46,567 bases of DNA from Candidatus Hadarchaeota archaeon (GCA_040755315.1 JBFMBF010000003.1:35744-82310); one strand, 5' to 3'; shown: positions 1 to 9,823, counted from the first letter of the stretch. The notes: generated by a model not told the origin, from the sequence alone. Translations and numbers: made by a program.

Positions 1-30
1 TTGATTTAGACCAAAAGGTTTATAAGCAGA

Positions 31-59
31 TTAGGCGACCCTAAATTAGGTAAACCTAA
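31..59. promoter_or_regulatory. Tandem DtxR-family operators (2x TTAGG-N4-CCTAA) just downstream of a TATA-like box (TTTATAA at 19-25)
   Basis: TTAGG-cgac-CCTAA at 31-44 and TTAGG-taaa-CCTAA at 46-59, 9 bp before the FTR1 start; the operon contains a DtxR gene; arms match known DtxR/IdeR-type half-sites. Confidence 0.85.
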
Positions 60-68
60 CGTGGGAAC

Positions 69-968
69 ATGATAGGACAAACCCTCATAACATTCAGAGA
101 AGTGCTCGAAGCGGCGCTGATAACCGGCATAATCTTGGTGTATCTCGCCAGGACCGGCAGAACACAGCTTTCACGCTATGTTTGGTACGGGGTGTATTCA
201 GCGGTGGCGGCTAGCTTGGTCATAGGTGCGATTGTCTGGTTCGCATACGGGGCCCTTTCTGAAGCTTCAAAGGTTTTGTTCGAGTCTGTTGCAGCTTTCA
301 CGGCGGTAATTGTGCTCACCTCTATGATCTTCTGGATGGCAACGAAGGGAAGAAAAATAAAGAAAGAGGTCGAAAAACGCGTCAAGGTAATCATCACAGG
401 CGGCGCCGTCTTGTCACTCATCTCATTCTCTTTCATTATTGTGTTCAGGGAGGGGCTCGAAACGGTGCTTTTTCTAACGCCTACATTGGTGACAGATGCG
501 ACCGGAACAGTCGCTGGTGTAATTGTGGGGACATTGGCTGCTCTGGCATTGGGTTATGTTGTATTTGTGGTCGGCAAGAAAATCAACATACGAAAATTTT
601 TCTATTTCACTAGCGTGCTGCTGATTCTTCTGGCGGCGGGGTTGATTGGATATGGCGTGCACGAGGCCATAGAATACAACAGCAAAACGGGTGGAGCTGA
701 TCTGGGCTGGTTCGACGATTCGGCATACAACTTGGGCTTATCAAGCGACAACCCGTTCCACCACAAGGGTGCGATAGGCTCCGTGTTCGCGGTGATGTTC
801 GGGTACAGCACCAACCCTGAGTGGGGCAGAGTAGTCTTCCATCTGACTTATCTCGTAATCGTCCTCCCGTTTGTGATGAAGGTTTACTCCCCTGAGAAGT
901 TCAGCGGCTTTTTCAATCGGCTGTTATTCTTCCACCACAAAAAAAGAAAAGGGGGCAAATTAAGGTAA
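69..968 (+). CDS. FTR1/EfeU-family iron permease
   Basis: Two RExxE motifs (FREVLEA, FREGLET), about 7 hydrophobic segments. Confidence 0.92.
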   Translation: MIGQTLITFREVLEAALITGIILVYLARTGRTQLSRYVWYGVYSAVAASLVIGAIVWFAYGALSEASKVLFESVAAFTAVIVLTSMIFWMATKGRKIKKEVEKRVKVIITGGAVLSLISFSFIIVFREGLETVLFLTPTLVTDATGTVAGVIVGTLAALALGYVVFVVGKKINIRKFFYFTSVLLILLAAGLIGYGVHEAIEYNSKTGGADLGWFDDSAYNLGLSSDNPFHHKGAIGSVFAVMFGYSTNPEWGRVVFHLTYLVIVLPFVMKVYSPEKFSGFFNRLLFFHHKKRKGGKLR

Positions 969-972
969 AAAC

Positions 973-1677
973 ATGCCACACATGATATGTCATACGCCGC
1001 GTTCAACCCTGCCGGCAATCACATATTCCGAAGAGGAGTACCTGGAATCAATTTACACTCTCGGAAAAGGGAAAAATATCGTGAAGGTCAAGGAGCTGGC
1101 CAAAAGTCTGAGGGTGAAGGACCCAAGCGTGGTCGAGATGCTCCGAAAACTGAAAAGTAGGGGTTTCGTGAGTTACGACAGGCCTGGCGTTAAGCTTACC
1201 CCGAAGGGGCAAAGGCACGCCGTCAAGGTCGTGCGCCGCCATGAGCTAGCGGAGCGGCTCCTGGCTGACGTCTTCGGCTATCCCCTGCCGAAGGTCCACG
1301 ACATGGCCTGCAGGTTCGAGCATGTCATGGACGACGATCTCACGGAGAGAATTGATAAGATGCTTGGGGAACCGAAAACCTGTCCCCACGGCAGCCTCAT
1401 TCCGACCCAGAAGGGGACGGTCCAGAGCAACAAAACAACCCAGCTCACCGAGGCCCCGAAGGGAGAGAAGTGCACCGTGATGAAAATCCCGGAGGACCGC
1501 GCCGAGGTGGAGCGCCTGCTGGCCCTGAACGTGATCCCGGGGTCTAAAGTCAGCGTTGTTGAGCGCCTGCCTAGGGGGGCCACCGTCCTTCTTTGCGGCG
1601 ACACGAAGGTCGCGCTCAGCCGCAACATAGCCTCCCAAATCAGGGTCCGGATGCGACACCGCCACAGGGGAAGATAA
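973..1677 (+). CDS. DtxR/MntR-family metal-dependent repressor with C-terminal FeoA domain
   Basis: EEYLESIY wHTH, RRHELAERLL, ACRFEH, CPHG, and a FeoA-like tail (RLLALNVIPGSKV). Confidence 0.93.
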   Translation: MPHMICHTPRSTLPAITYSEEEYLESIYTLGKGKNIVKVKELAKSLRVKDPSVVEMLRKLKSRGFVSYDRPGVKLTPKGQRHAVKVVRRHELAERLLADVFGYPLPKVHDMACRFEHVMDDDLTERIDKMLGEPKTCPHGSLIPTQKGTVQSNKTTQLTEAPKGEKCTVMKIPEDRAEVERLLALNVIPGSKVSVVERLPRGATVLLCGDTKVALSRNIASQIRVRMRHRHRGR

Positions 1678-1696
1678 CTGTCTTTGGTGGTAAAAA

Positions 1697-3667
1697 ATGC
1701 CGGAAAAAAATCGGGGGGCCGACAGAATAACCGTGGCTCTGGCTGGCACATCAAACGTGGGCAAGAGCGCCATCTTCCACAAGATAACCGGAGCAGATGT
1801 AATAATCTCCAACTATCCCGGGACGACCGTTGAGCTGCTGGAGGGAATGGTCCGCTACCGCGGCCAAGAAATCAAAGTGGTGGACCTGCCGGGCGTCTAC
1901 TCCTTAGGTGCCGTCTCTGAAGACGAAATCGTTGCCCGCCGCGCCATCCTGGAGCAGAACCCGGACGTGATAATGAACATCGTGGACGCCTCGAACCTTG
2001 AGCGAAGCTTGTACCTGACGCTGCAGCTCCTCGCGCTCGGGCGCCCCATGGTGGTGGTTCTTAACATGTATGACGTGGCGCTTGCGGAAGGGGAGCGGCC
2101 TGATCCAAAGCTGCTATCTAAACGCCTGGGCGTCCCGGTGGTCTCGACCGTCGCCACCCGCGGGAAAAATGTGGAAAAAGCTTTCGACCAAGCCATCAAG
2201 CTGGCCGGGAAAAAAGGCGTGCCACGGAAAACCATCAAGATGGGGGCGGACCTTGAGGTGGCCGTGGATAGCCTGAGCAAGCAGATCAAGCACGACTTCC
2301 ACGAGCTTCCGCTGGGGCTCCCCACCAGGACAATCGCCGTGCGGCTGCTGGAGGGCGACGCCTACGTTGCGAAATCTGTTGCACTCGTGCCCGGCAGCGA
2401 GCGGGTTCTTAGGAAGGCCAGGGCGTTGGCCCGCGATATTGCCCGCAGACACGGCGAGCCAGCCGCCTTCAGGGTAGCTAAAGAGCGCCACGCCCTGTCC
2501 AGCTCCATCGCCCAAACGGTGACCACTCGAGTGGCAGTGAAGCCAATGCTGGGGCAAAAAATCGACCGCCTGACGACCAACACGAAGACTGGAGTTCCAA
2601 TCATGGTCGGGGTGTTTGTGGGACTGCTTTTGCTGCTGTTCTACGTGGGTGGGTTCATCGAGGGGCTGTTGATGGATGGGTGGGAAACTTACGTCTCCCC
2701 GACGCTTAGCTCGGCTTTTGGTGGGCTTGGCCCCGCTGGACAGGTGCTTGACATAGGCATCAATCAAGGCATCGCCGGAATTCTGGCAGTGATGATACCA
2801 TACATCTTGGTCTTCTTTCTTACGCTTGGCCTGCTTGAGGACATAGGTTACCTGCCACGGATGGCGTACGTGATGGACTCTGTAATGCACAGGATAGGGC
2901 TTCACGGAAGGGCGGTGGTCCCGCTGCTGGGGGGGTTCGGCTGCAACGTCCCAGCCATAATGGCTACCCGCACCCTGACCACCCGCCGCGAGCGCCTCCT
3001 TGCCAACACATTGATAACTATGATCCCCTGCTCGGCCCGCACGGCTATAATTTTGGGGACGGTCGGGGTTTTCCTCGGGTTGAAGTACGCCGCCGCGATG
3101 TACGCGATAATCTTGGCCCTGATATTCATCGTGGGGTGGCTGCTCAACCGATGGCTGAAGGGAAAGGTCTCGGGGATGATCATGGAGATGCCGCCGCTCC
3201 GCAGGCCGGTGCTCAAGCCGGTGCTCCAGAAGACCTGGATGAGGATGAAGCACTTCATCTACGTTGCCATCCCGCTATTGCTCCTCGGGGGGCTGGTCAT
3301 AGGGGCCCTCCAGGTCTCCGGAGCGATGGACTCCCTAGTCGCGCCATTCTCTCCCCTCACCGTCGGATGGCTGGGGCTTCCGGCAGTAGCGATAATCCCG
3401 CTGATTTACGGATTTATCAGGAAGGAAGGAGCACTGGTGCTGCTCGTGGCTGTGGCCGGGACATCTCAGCTCAACGCCTTCATGAGTCCTCTCCAGCTCT
3501 TCGTCTTCGCGCTGGTGGCGGCGCTCTACGTTCCCTGTATAGCCACCGTGGCGGTGCTGGCGAAGGAGCTTGGGAAAAAGGACGCGGCTTTGATAAGCGT
3601 TGGCACTTTCCTGCTGGCCCTGCTGGTGGGGGGGTTGTTCTTCCACCTGAACCCGTTTGGGCTCTAA
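1697..3667 (+). CDS. feoB: Ferrous iron transport protein B
   Basis: GTPase motifs GTSNVGKS, NYPGTT, DLPG, NMYD; membrane domain with GFGCNVPA, PCSAR and YVPCIAT. Confidence 0.97.
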   Translation: MPEKNRGADRITVALAGTSNVGKSAIFHKITGADVIISNYPGTTVELLEGMVRYRGQEIKVVDLPGVYSLGAVSEDEIVARRAILEQNPDVIMNIVDASNLERSLYLTLQLLALGRPMVVVLNMYDVALAEGERPDPKLLSKRLGVPVVSTVATRGKNVEKAFDQAIKLAGKKGVPRKTIKMGADLEVAVDSLSKQIKHDFHELPLGLPTRTIAVRLLEGDAYVAKSVALVPGSERVLRKARALARDIARRHGEPAAFRVAKERHALSSSIAQTVTTRVAVKPMLGQKIDRLTTNTKTGVPIMVGVFVGLLLLLFYVGGFIEGLLMDGWETYVSPTLSSAFGGLGPAGQVLDIGINQGIAGILAVMIPYILVFFLTLGLLEDIGYLPRMAYVMDSVMHRIGLHGRAVVPLLGGFGCNVPAIMATRTLTTRRERLLANTLITMIPCSARTAIILGTVGVFLGLKYAAAMYAIILALIFIVGWLLNRWLKGKVSGMIMEMPPLRRPVLKPVLQKTWMRMKHFIYVAIPLLLLGGLVIGALQVSGAMDSLVAPFSPLTVGWLGLPAVAIIPLIYGFIRKEGALVLLVAVAGTSQLNAFMSPLQLFVFALVAALYVPCIATVAVLAKELGKKDAALISVGTFLLALLVGGLFFHLNPFGL

Positions 3668-3702
3668 TCCCGCGTAGCTGCACGGCGGGAAAACCGTTAA
3701 AT

Positions 3703-3724
3703 ATTTTGTGCATATGAACATAAT
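3703..3724. promoter_or_regulatory. Imperfect palindrome ATTtTGTgCATATGaACAtAAT, a putative operator of the NifX-like gene
   Basis: 9 of 11 symmetric pairs match; lies just after TTAAATA and about 30 bp before the start codon. Confidence 0.5.
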
Positions 3725-3753
3725 TTAGAAGCTGGTTTGGAAAAGGAGTATTA

Positions 3754-4101
3754 ATGAGCAAGACCATAATAGCAATTGCCACCGTGGGGAAAAAAGGATT
3801 GGGAGACGAAGTGGCAGACACCTTCGCCAAAGCAAACACTCTGACTCTGGCCTCAATCGATAAAAACAAAGTTCATCTAGAAGTTTTGGACAACCCGGCC
3901 GCCCCCCTTACCCATGGTCGCGGGCGCACTATCGTTCCTTTCCTCAAGGGCAAAGGGGTGAATGTGGTAGTGGCCAGCGAGTTCGGCATGGGTGCATCGG
4001 CCCTTCTTAAACAATTCAAAATCGGCAAGGTTGTGGTGCAGGCCGGGGTTAAAGTCGACGATATCATAAGAGACGAGAAATACAAGTCGAAGGTGGCATG
4101 A
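3754..4101 (+). CDS. NifB/NifX-family (dinitrogenase FeMo-cofactor-binding domain) protein
   Basis: IAIAT...VADTFAKA...NP...HGRG...GVNVVVASEFGMGA pattern, 115 aa, GGAG RBS. Confidence 0.8.
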   Translation: MSKTIIAIATVGKKGLGDEVADTFAKANTLTLASIDKNKVHLEVLDNPAAPLTHGRGRTIVPFLKGKGVNVVVASEFGMGASALLKQFKIGKVVVQAGVKVDDIIRDEKYKSKVA

Positions 4102-4208
4102 CAAATGAGAATGAAGGTGTACTACATTCTGTGTTTTATAAAACAATTTTTTAGAAAGCCGGATGAAGCAAAAGTTAAATGGGATAAATGATAGGAATGG
4201 GAGACACG

Positions 4209-5567
4209 ATGAAGAGGGATACAGACATCATGGTAATAGGCGGGGGCCCAGCGGGAGTTGTTTGTGCCATAACCGCTCGTCAGAATTATCCAGAAAAGAG
4301 AATTCTTGTGATGAGAGACGTGGAGAAAGGCGTCATTCCTTGCGGGATACCTTATATGATTGCGAGCTTGGAAAACCCCGAGCAAAACGCTATGAGCTAC
4401 TTGCCCTTGGAAAAACAGAACATCGAACTCGTGGTGGACCGCGCAGTTCAAATCGACCGCAAGAACAAGATGGTCCAAACCGAGAGCGGCAACGATTATC
4501 GTTACGAAAAATTGGTCTTGGCCCTCGGTTCCAATCCCGTCCTTCCGCCAATCCCAGGTATCTACAAAAAGGGAGTGTACTCGATAAGAAAAGACATGGC
4601 CCACCTTGAAGACATGATAAAATATGCGAAGGGATGTAAAAAAGTTCTAGTTCTGGGTGGGGGCTTTATTGGAGTAGAACTTGCAGACGAGTTCTCTAAG
4701 GTTAAAGGTCTTGAGGTCATCATGGTGGAGATGCTTCCCCATCTTTTGGCCAATTCCTTTGATCCTGAGTTTTCCGAGTTGGTTGAGAAGAAATTGTCGT
4801 CTCAAGGGGTAAAAATTTTGGTCGGGGCTAAAGTGGAAAAAGTAATGGTGGATGAAAGGGTCAGAAAGGTACGCCTTTCAAATGGGGAAGAAATCAATGT
4901 CGATTGCGTTATCTTGGGAATCGGGGCCAGTCCTAATACTAAGTTGGCCCTGGATGCGGGTCTTGAGCTTGGAAAAGGAAGAGGCATCTGGGTTGATGAA
5001 TACATGAGGACTATGGACTCTGATATTTTCGCTATCGGAGATTGTGCGGGCAAGAGGGACTTTTTTACCCGGAAAGACGCCCCTGTTCTGCTTGCTTCCA
5101 TCGCCACCGCAGAAGCACGGACCGCTGGAGCGAATCTATACAAATTGAAGGTGTTGCGCGAGAACAAGGGGACTATTGGGATCTTCTCCACTTATGTTGG
5201 CGGGCTCGTGTTGGGTTCTGCCGGATTGACGGAAAACACGGCAAAGCGAGAGGGGTTTGATGTAGTATCAGGTAAGGCCGAGGCAGTGGACAAACACCCC
5301 TCCAAGCTACCCGGTGCACAGAAGATGCTAGTCAAGTTAGTCTTCTCAAGGGAGAGTCAAGCTTTGTTAGGGGGGCAAGTGGCTGGTGGAATGTCATGCG
5401 GGGAGTTAATCAATGCAATCGGAATCGCAATACAAAAGAGGTTCACGATAACAGAACTAGAAACTTTTCAGATGGCTACACATCCCTACCTCACGCCACC
5501 GCCCACCATGTACCCACTTGTTTTGGCAGCGCAAAATGCGGCAAGAAATCGACAAGTAGAGGTATAG
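4209..5567 (+). CDS. FAD-dependent CoA-disulfide reductase / NADH oxidase family oxidoreductase
   Basis: GGGPAG FAD motif, single redox Cys in PCGIPY, GGGFIGVE NAD(P) motif, IFAIGD; start moved to ATG 4209 (ORF open from 4188). Confidence 0.88.
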   Translation: MKRDTDIMVIGGGPAGVVCAITARQNYPEKRILVMRDVEKGVIPCGIPYMIASLENPEQNAMSYLPLEKQNIELVVDRAVQIDRKNKMVQTESGNDYRYEKLVLALGSNPVLPPIPGIYKKGVYSIRKDMAHLEDMIKYAKGCKKVLVLGGGFIGVELADEFSKVKGLEVIMVEMLPHLLANSFDPEFSELVEKKLSSQGVKILVGAKVEKVMVDERVRKVRLSNGEEINVDCVILGIGASPNTKLALDAGLELGKGRGIWVDEYMRTMDSDIFAIGDCAGKRDFFTRKDAPVLLASIATAEARTAGANLYKLKVLRENKGTIGIFSTYVGGLVLGSAGLTENTAKREGFDVVSGKAEAVDKHPSKLPGAQKMLVKLVFSRESQALLGGQVAGGMSCGELINAIGIAIQKRFTITELETFQMATHPYLTPPPTMYPLVLAAQNAARNRQVEV

Positions 5568-5673
5568 AACAAGGGGGCACACGAGTTTGAGATCAGAAAC
5601 TACAACAAGACTTAATCGGTGCATTCGTCCAGTACTATCCGTGCGAAAAAGAAGTGAAAACTGAGGATTCAAA

Positions 5674-6129
5674 ATGCGGGTCGAAGTACAACACGTTAAA
5701 GGGCTGGCATTCGTAGGGAAAGGGGAAACAAACCACCGAGTCGTGATGGACGGCCCATCTGCATTTGGAGGAACCGAAGCTGGAACTAAACCCATGGAAC
5801 TCGTGCTCATCGCGCTCGGCGGTTGCACGGGTATGGATGTCGTGAGCCTCTTGGAAAAAATGAAAGTGAAGTTTGTCTGTTTTAAAGTAAGCATCACCGC
5901 AGAGCAAAAAGAGGACCATCCCAAAACATTTACAAAGATTCACATAAAATATGTTATTGAAGGAGACGTTCCCGCGGATAAAGTGAAGAAAGCGATAGAT
6001 CTTTCACAACAAAAGTATTGCTCGGTTTCAGAAATCCTCAGAAAGTCAGCCGAGATAACATACGAGTACGAAATTATCAAGTTAACCGAGACTAGAAATG
6101 AGATAGAGAAACTTGGAGAGGAGAAATAA
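5674..6129 (+). CDS. OsmC/YhfA-family protein
   Basis: PMELVLIALGGCTGMDV and KYCSV conserved cysteines. Confidence 0.92.
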   Translation: MRVEVQHVKGLAFVGKGETNHRVVMDGPSAFGGTEAGTKPMELVLIALGGCTGMDVVSLLEKMKVKFVCFKVSITAEQKEDHPKTFTKIHIKYVIEGDVPADKVKKAIDLSQQKYCSVSEILRKSAEITYEYEIIKLTETRNEIEKLGEEK

Positions 6130-6890
6130 TGATAATCGACGAGCTATTGAGCTTGATTGAAAAGCGGAGAAGCCAGCTGGAGAACCTCAAGCTTTTGAGG
6201 GTGTGCGTGAGCCTCTGCTATACTGCGGTGATGCTAGATAACGACTACGTCGGGCTCTGCCACACCCCTACGGAGGACATTGCACACTCTCACTGGGGTC
6301 GCAGACGGGACTTGCACGGCTCCAAGGCTCTAGAAACCGCTCGTCGGGCGAATTCGTTCGACATGATTGAAAAAACAGTTGGTATAGCGACGTTGAACGC
6401 CCTCTCACAACACCTGATGGACTCAGAAGGTTACGAGAGGAAGTTCGATGTGGACATCTTTGATGCTCTCGACGTGAGAGCGAACGACACCGTTGCGGTC
6501 GTGGGATACATACGACCTTTGGTTGGCAAGCTCCGAGAGAAAGGATGCGCAGTCCATGTTTTTGAACGTAACCCTCAACTCAGGGGCGATGCTCTGCCCG
6601 ACACCTTCGCCGACTCAGTCTTGCCCAAAGTGGACGTGGTAATCGCAAGCGGGTCAAGCCTTGCTAATGGCACTATTGACAAAATCCTCGAATCCTCAAA
6701 AAACGCGAGATTTGTGGCGGTGACAGGTCCATCGGCTGGAACGCTGCCAGAGCCGTTTTTCGAGCGAGGAGTGAAAGTGATTGCCGGAGTTCGCGCGAAA
6801 GGTGAAGGCGTGGTGAACGCTGTGGCCGAGGCTAAACATTTCGTGGCTTTCAAGGAACTCGTAGAAAAGTATGTCATGAAAAAAGACTAA
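6129..6890 (+). CDS. DUF364/DUF4213 Rossmann-like putative heavy-metal-chelation protein
   Basis: GIATLNALSQ, VAVVGY, DVVIASGSSLANGT, TGPSA. Confidence 0.85.
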   Translation: MIIDELLSLIEKRRSQLENLKLLRVCVSLCYTAVMLDNDYVGLCHTPTEDIAHSHWGRRRDLHGSKALETARRANSFDMIEKTVGIATLNALSQHLMDSEGYERKFDVDIFDALDVRANDTVAVVGYIRPLVGKLREKGCAVHVFERNPQLRGDALPDTFADSVLPKVDVVIASGSSLANGTIDKILESSKNARFVAVTGPSAGTLPEPFFERGVKVIAGVRAKGEGVVNAVAEAKHFVAFKELVEKYVMKKD

Positions 6891-6910
6891 AAAACATCAC
6901 AACCCTTAAA

Positions 6911-6927
6911 TTTAGGGAAAACCTAAA
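6911..6927. promoter_or_regulatory. DtxR-type operator TTTAGG-N5-CCTAAA
   Basis: Perfect 6-bp arms immediately upstream of the second DtxR gene, next to CTTAAA. Confidence 0.75.
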
Positions 6928-6935
6928 ATCTTGGG

Positions 6936-7388
6936 GTGATTATGGGTACTGGACTAAGCGTAACTGAGAACGAAGCGAGATATCTGAAGTTAATATACAG
7001 AGCGCAGTGTGAGAAATTCACCAAAGTCAGAACTACAGCCGTGGCAAAGTCTCTCGCAGTTAGGCCCGCCACGGTAACCGAGGTAATTCAAAATCTCTCC
7101 GAGAAAAACCTTCTTCGGCACAGGCGTTACCACGGCGTCGAGCTGACGAGAGAGGGCATCGCAGAAGCCCGGAAACTGCTGAGAAAGCACAGGATTTTGG
7201 AGGTTCTCTTTACAGATCTCCTGAAATACGATGCTCAAAACGCCTGCAAAGAAGCTTCTAAACTGGACTACCACGCTTCAATGGAGCTCATCAACGCCAT
7301 TTGCCGAGCCTACAGGCACCCGGAAATCTGCCCGTGTGAAAAGACTATCTTCGGCGACGCGAAGTGCGAGAAAATGGTGATGGAATGA
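6936..7388 (+). CDS. DtxR-family metal-dependent regulator without FeoA domain, probably controlling the ZIP gene
   Basis: RYLKLIY, PATVTE, RKHRILE, CPC; stop overlaps the ZIP start (ATGA). Confidence 0.88.
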   Translation: MIMGTGLSVTENEARYLKLIYRAQCEKFTKVRTTAVAKSLAVRPATVTEVIQNLSEKNLLRHRRYHGVELTREGIAEARKLLRKHRILEVLFTDLLKYDAQNACKEASKLDYHASMELINAICRAYRHPEICPCEKTIFGDAKCEKMVME

Positions 7389-8131
7389 GTGAACTCCTCT
7401 GGATTCTTTTGGCGACCTTCATCGTCAGCTTGGTATCATTCATCGGTGCCACCACGCTGGTCCTGTCGGAAAAGCTGTTAAAGAAGATATTGCTAGCGCT
7501 CATCGGATTCGCCGCAGGAGCTTTGATTGGGGGTGCTTTTCTACATTTGTTGCCAGAAACAATAAGAAGCGGGGTCGCCAGTTTGGAAAACATCTTTATA
7601 ACCGTCATAATCGGTTTTGTGATGTTTTTTGTTTTGGAGAAGTTGCTCTGGCGCCACTGCCACGAACGAGCGTGTCCAATCCACACGTTCGCCTATCTCA
7701 ACCTCTTTGGCGATGGCGTGCACAACTTCATAGACGGCTTAGTTATGGCTGCCAGTTTCGTTGTAAACGTCCCTCTCGGATTGACCACTACGCTGGCAAT
7801 CGCGGCTCACGAAATCCCTCAAGAGATAGGTGACTTGGGTGTCCTCGTCTATGGCGGCCTCAAGCCACGAAAAGCGTTGTTGTTAAATTTTATAACCGCA
7901 TTGACGGCTGTCGCGGGGGGAGTTACAGGATATTATCTCTTTCCATACCTGGGTGGCGCCATGGTATTCCTGCTGCCTTTTGCCGCAGGCGGGTTCATAT
8001 ACATCGCAGCGTCCGATCTGGTCCCCGAGCTTCACAAAGAGTCAAACACAACAAAAACTGTGATGTCCTTCGCGTCATTTTTGGTAGGAGTCATTTTGAT
8101 GTGGGGTATTAAGTTGATATTTGGTGGTTGA
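7385..8131 (+). CDS. ZIP (ZupT)-family metal transporter
   Basis: HNFIDG and HEIPQE signature motifs, about 8 TM segments. Confidence 0.93.
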   Translation: MSELLWILLATFIVSLVSFIGATTLVLSEKLLKKILLALIGFAAGALIGGAFLHLLPETIRSGVASLENIFITVIIGFVMFFVLEKLLWRHCHERACPIHTFAYLNLFGDGVHNFIDGLVMAASFVVNVPLGLTTTLAIAAHEIPQEIGDLGVLVYGGLKPRKALLLNFITALTAVAGGVTGYYLFPYLGGAMVFLLPFAAGGFIYIAASDLVPELHKESNTTKTVMSFASFLVGVILMWGIKLIFGG

Positions 8132-8133
8132 GG

Positions 8134-8550
8134 ATGATTGAGGACGAGGAAACGAGCGAACTGGATAAAATATGCGAAAAGAAGTTAAAGGAGATGAAGA
8201 AGAAATATTTCGGGAAATGGGAGGCTATCGACAAACCCCTAGAGGTCACGGACAAGACTTTTGATGGCACGATTGAGAAGTATCCTGTCGTTGTGGTCGA
8301 TTTTTGGGCCCCGTGGTGCTCGCCCTGTCTCATGGTCGCGCCCATCATCGAGGAACTGGCGCGAGATTATGCTGGGAAGGTGGTATTCGGGAAGGTGAAT
8401 GTGGACGAGAACAAAGAGGTTGCCATGAGGTTTGGCATAATGGCCATCCCCACCTTGCTTTTCTTCAGGGGTGGGAAATTGGTGGATCAGGTGGTCGGAG
8501 CGCTGCCCGAGCAGCAGATTGAGAAGAGCGTTCAAAAACTGCTGGGATAA
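8134..8550 (+). CDS. trxA: Thioredoxin
   Basis: VVVDFWAPWCSPC, cis-Pro IPT, N-terminal helical extension. Confidence 0.93.
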   Translation: MIEDEETSELDKICEKKLKEMKKKYFGKWEAIDKPLEVTDKTFDGTIEKYPVVVVDFWAPWCSPCLMVAPIIEELARDYAGKVVFGKVNVDENKEVAMRFGIMAIPTLLFFRGGKLVDQVVGALPEQQIEKSVQKLLG

Positions 8551-8554
8551 TCCA

Positions 8555-9823
8555 TTAACTGCCGATCGGGTTTGGGTTTTCCATGCATGCGGTACACGCC
8601 TTGGCTATGAACGTGAGCAGAAAGGTTTTCGTCATCAGGTGGATGGGATACATGCCTTTCCTCGTGACCCTAACGTGATCACCTTCGACTTTTATGATCC
8701 CAAAGAGTTTGAGCCAGCGCAGGAATGACTTGAATTTCTCGTCGACATCCATGTTGAAACGTTCCTTGAACTCGCTTTTGTCGAACCCCATCTCATAAAG
8801 TGACATCGACAGCCATCTCGCCGCGACGCCTTCTGGCTGGAACTGCGCCCCGATCGTTATGGGTAGGGTCCTCTTCCCCATCGTCCGGATGTATTCCTCG
8901 GTTGAAGCTGTGTTGGCGTAAAAGTTCTGACCCACGGAACTCATCGCCCCAGCGCCCACCCCGATGTACTCGTCGCGCTCAACCGATCTGTATTTGTCTA
9001 CCCCTCGCTTCATGAAGCTCCAGACCGAACACGGCGCGTAACCGGCATCTGTGAACGAACCAACAATCGTGCTGTACATGCTCTTCTCGGTCTTTTCATC
9101 TGGTAGCCTCGCCCTTCCTTCTTGATTGTCACGATACATCTTGCAGTAGGGGAACAGGAGAAGTGGATAAGTTGCGACCTGCGACACATCTTTCTCAATG
9201 ACTGTTTCGAGATCTCTTCTCAAGCTGTCGACGGACTGGGTCGGCAGAGAAAACATCAGGTCAACGCTGAAGGTGTCGAACCCACCGTTATCCATGACGA
9301 GCCCTATCGCGTCGAGCGACTTTTTTGCATCGTGGCTTCGTCTTCCAATAGCTTTCAGGATTTCGTCGCTGAAGGACTGCACACCCATGCTGAGCTTGCT
9401 CACGCCTGAATCTAGCAGTAGCTTTAGAGTCTCTTCGTTCAAGTCATCGGGGTTCGATTCCACACCTATATCGGTACTTACCCTGAATGTATCTCTCGTA
9501 TGTCTGAGAATCTCAGCGACACCTTTCGGCATGATGGTGGGGGTACCGCCACCGACATATATCGAGTTTATTTTCACGTCGCCTAGTCTCTCCCGGTAAA
9601 GGTCCAACTCCTTCTTCACTGCCTTCACGTAAGGTCGCTCGAGCTTTGGATCCCAAGGGTAACGGATGTAAGCGCAGAATGGACATGGGGCCTTGCAAAA
9701 GGGTATGTGAATGTATAGGCCGATTTCATCTTTATCGCGGGGGATTTTCGGCATGTTTCTAGAAAACTTGACGTTCCCGACCTTTTTTCTTGTCATCTTC
9801 TTAATCATATGCTCAAGCAGCAT
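8555..9823 (-). CDS. HemN/HemW-like radical SAM protein
   Basis: LYIHIPFCKAPCPFC (CxxxCxxC), YVGGGTPT, SMGVQSF, DLMFSLP. Confidence 0.88.
   Translation of the reverse strand: MLLEHMIKKMTRKKVGNVKFSRNMPKIPRDKDEIGLYIHIPFCKAPCPFCAYIRYPWDPKLERPYVKAVKKELDLYRERLGDVKINSIYVGGGTPTIMPKGVAEILRHTRDTFRVSTDIGVESNPDDLNEETLKLLLDSGVSKLSMGVQSFSDEILKAIGRRSHDAKKSLDAIGLVMDNGGFDTFSVDLMFSLPTQSVDSLRRDLETVIEKDVSQVATYPLLLFPYCKMYRDNQEGRARLPDEKTEKSMYSTIVGSFTDAGYAPCSVWSFMKRGVDKYRSVERDEYIGVGAGAMSSVGQNFYANTASTEEYIRTMGKRTLPITIGAQFQPEGVAARWLSMSLYEMGFDKSEFKERFNMDVDEKFKSFLRWLKLFGIIKVEGDHVRVTRKGMYPIHLMTKTFLLTFIAKACTACMENPNPIGS

Noticed and set aside
2114..3717. Long alternative-frame ORFs over feoB (similar cases over rnf, his and the ATPase)
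   Set aside because: Shadow ORFs of GC-rich coding sequence with no recognisable motifs
3754..4101. Nitrogen fixation gene cluster
   Set aside because: Only a NifX-like domain is present; no nifHDK, and this domain is common in non-diazotrophs
5568..5673. Small gene or gene remnant between the reductase and osmC
   Set aside because: No start/RBS or recognisable motif
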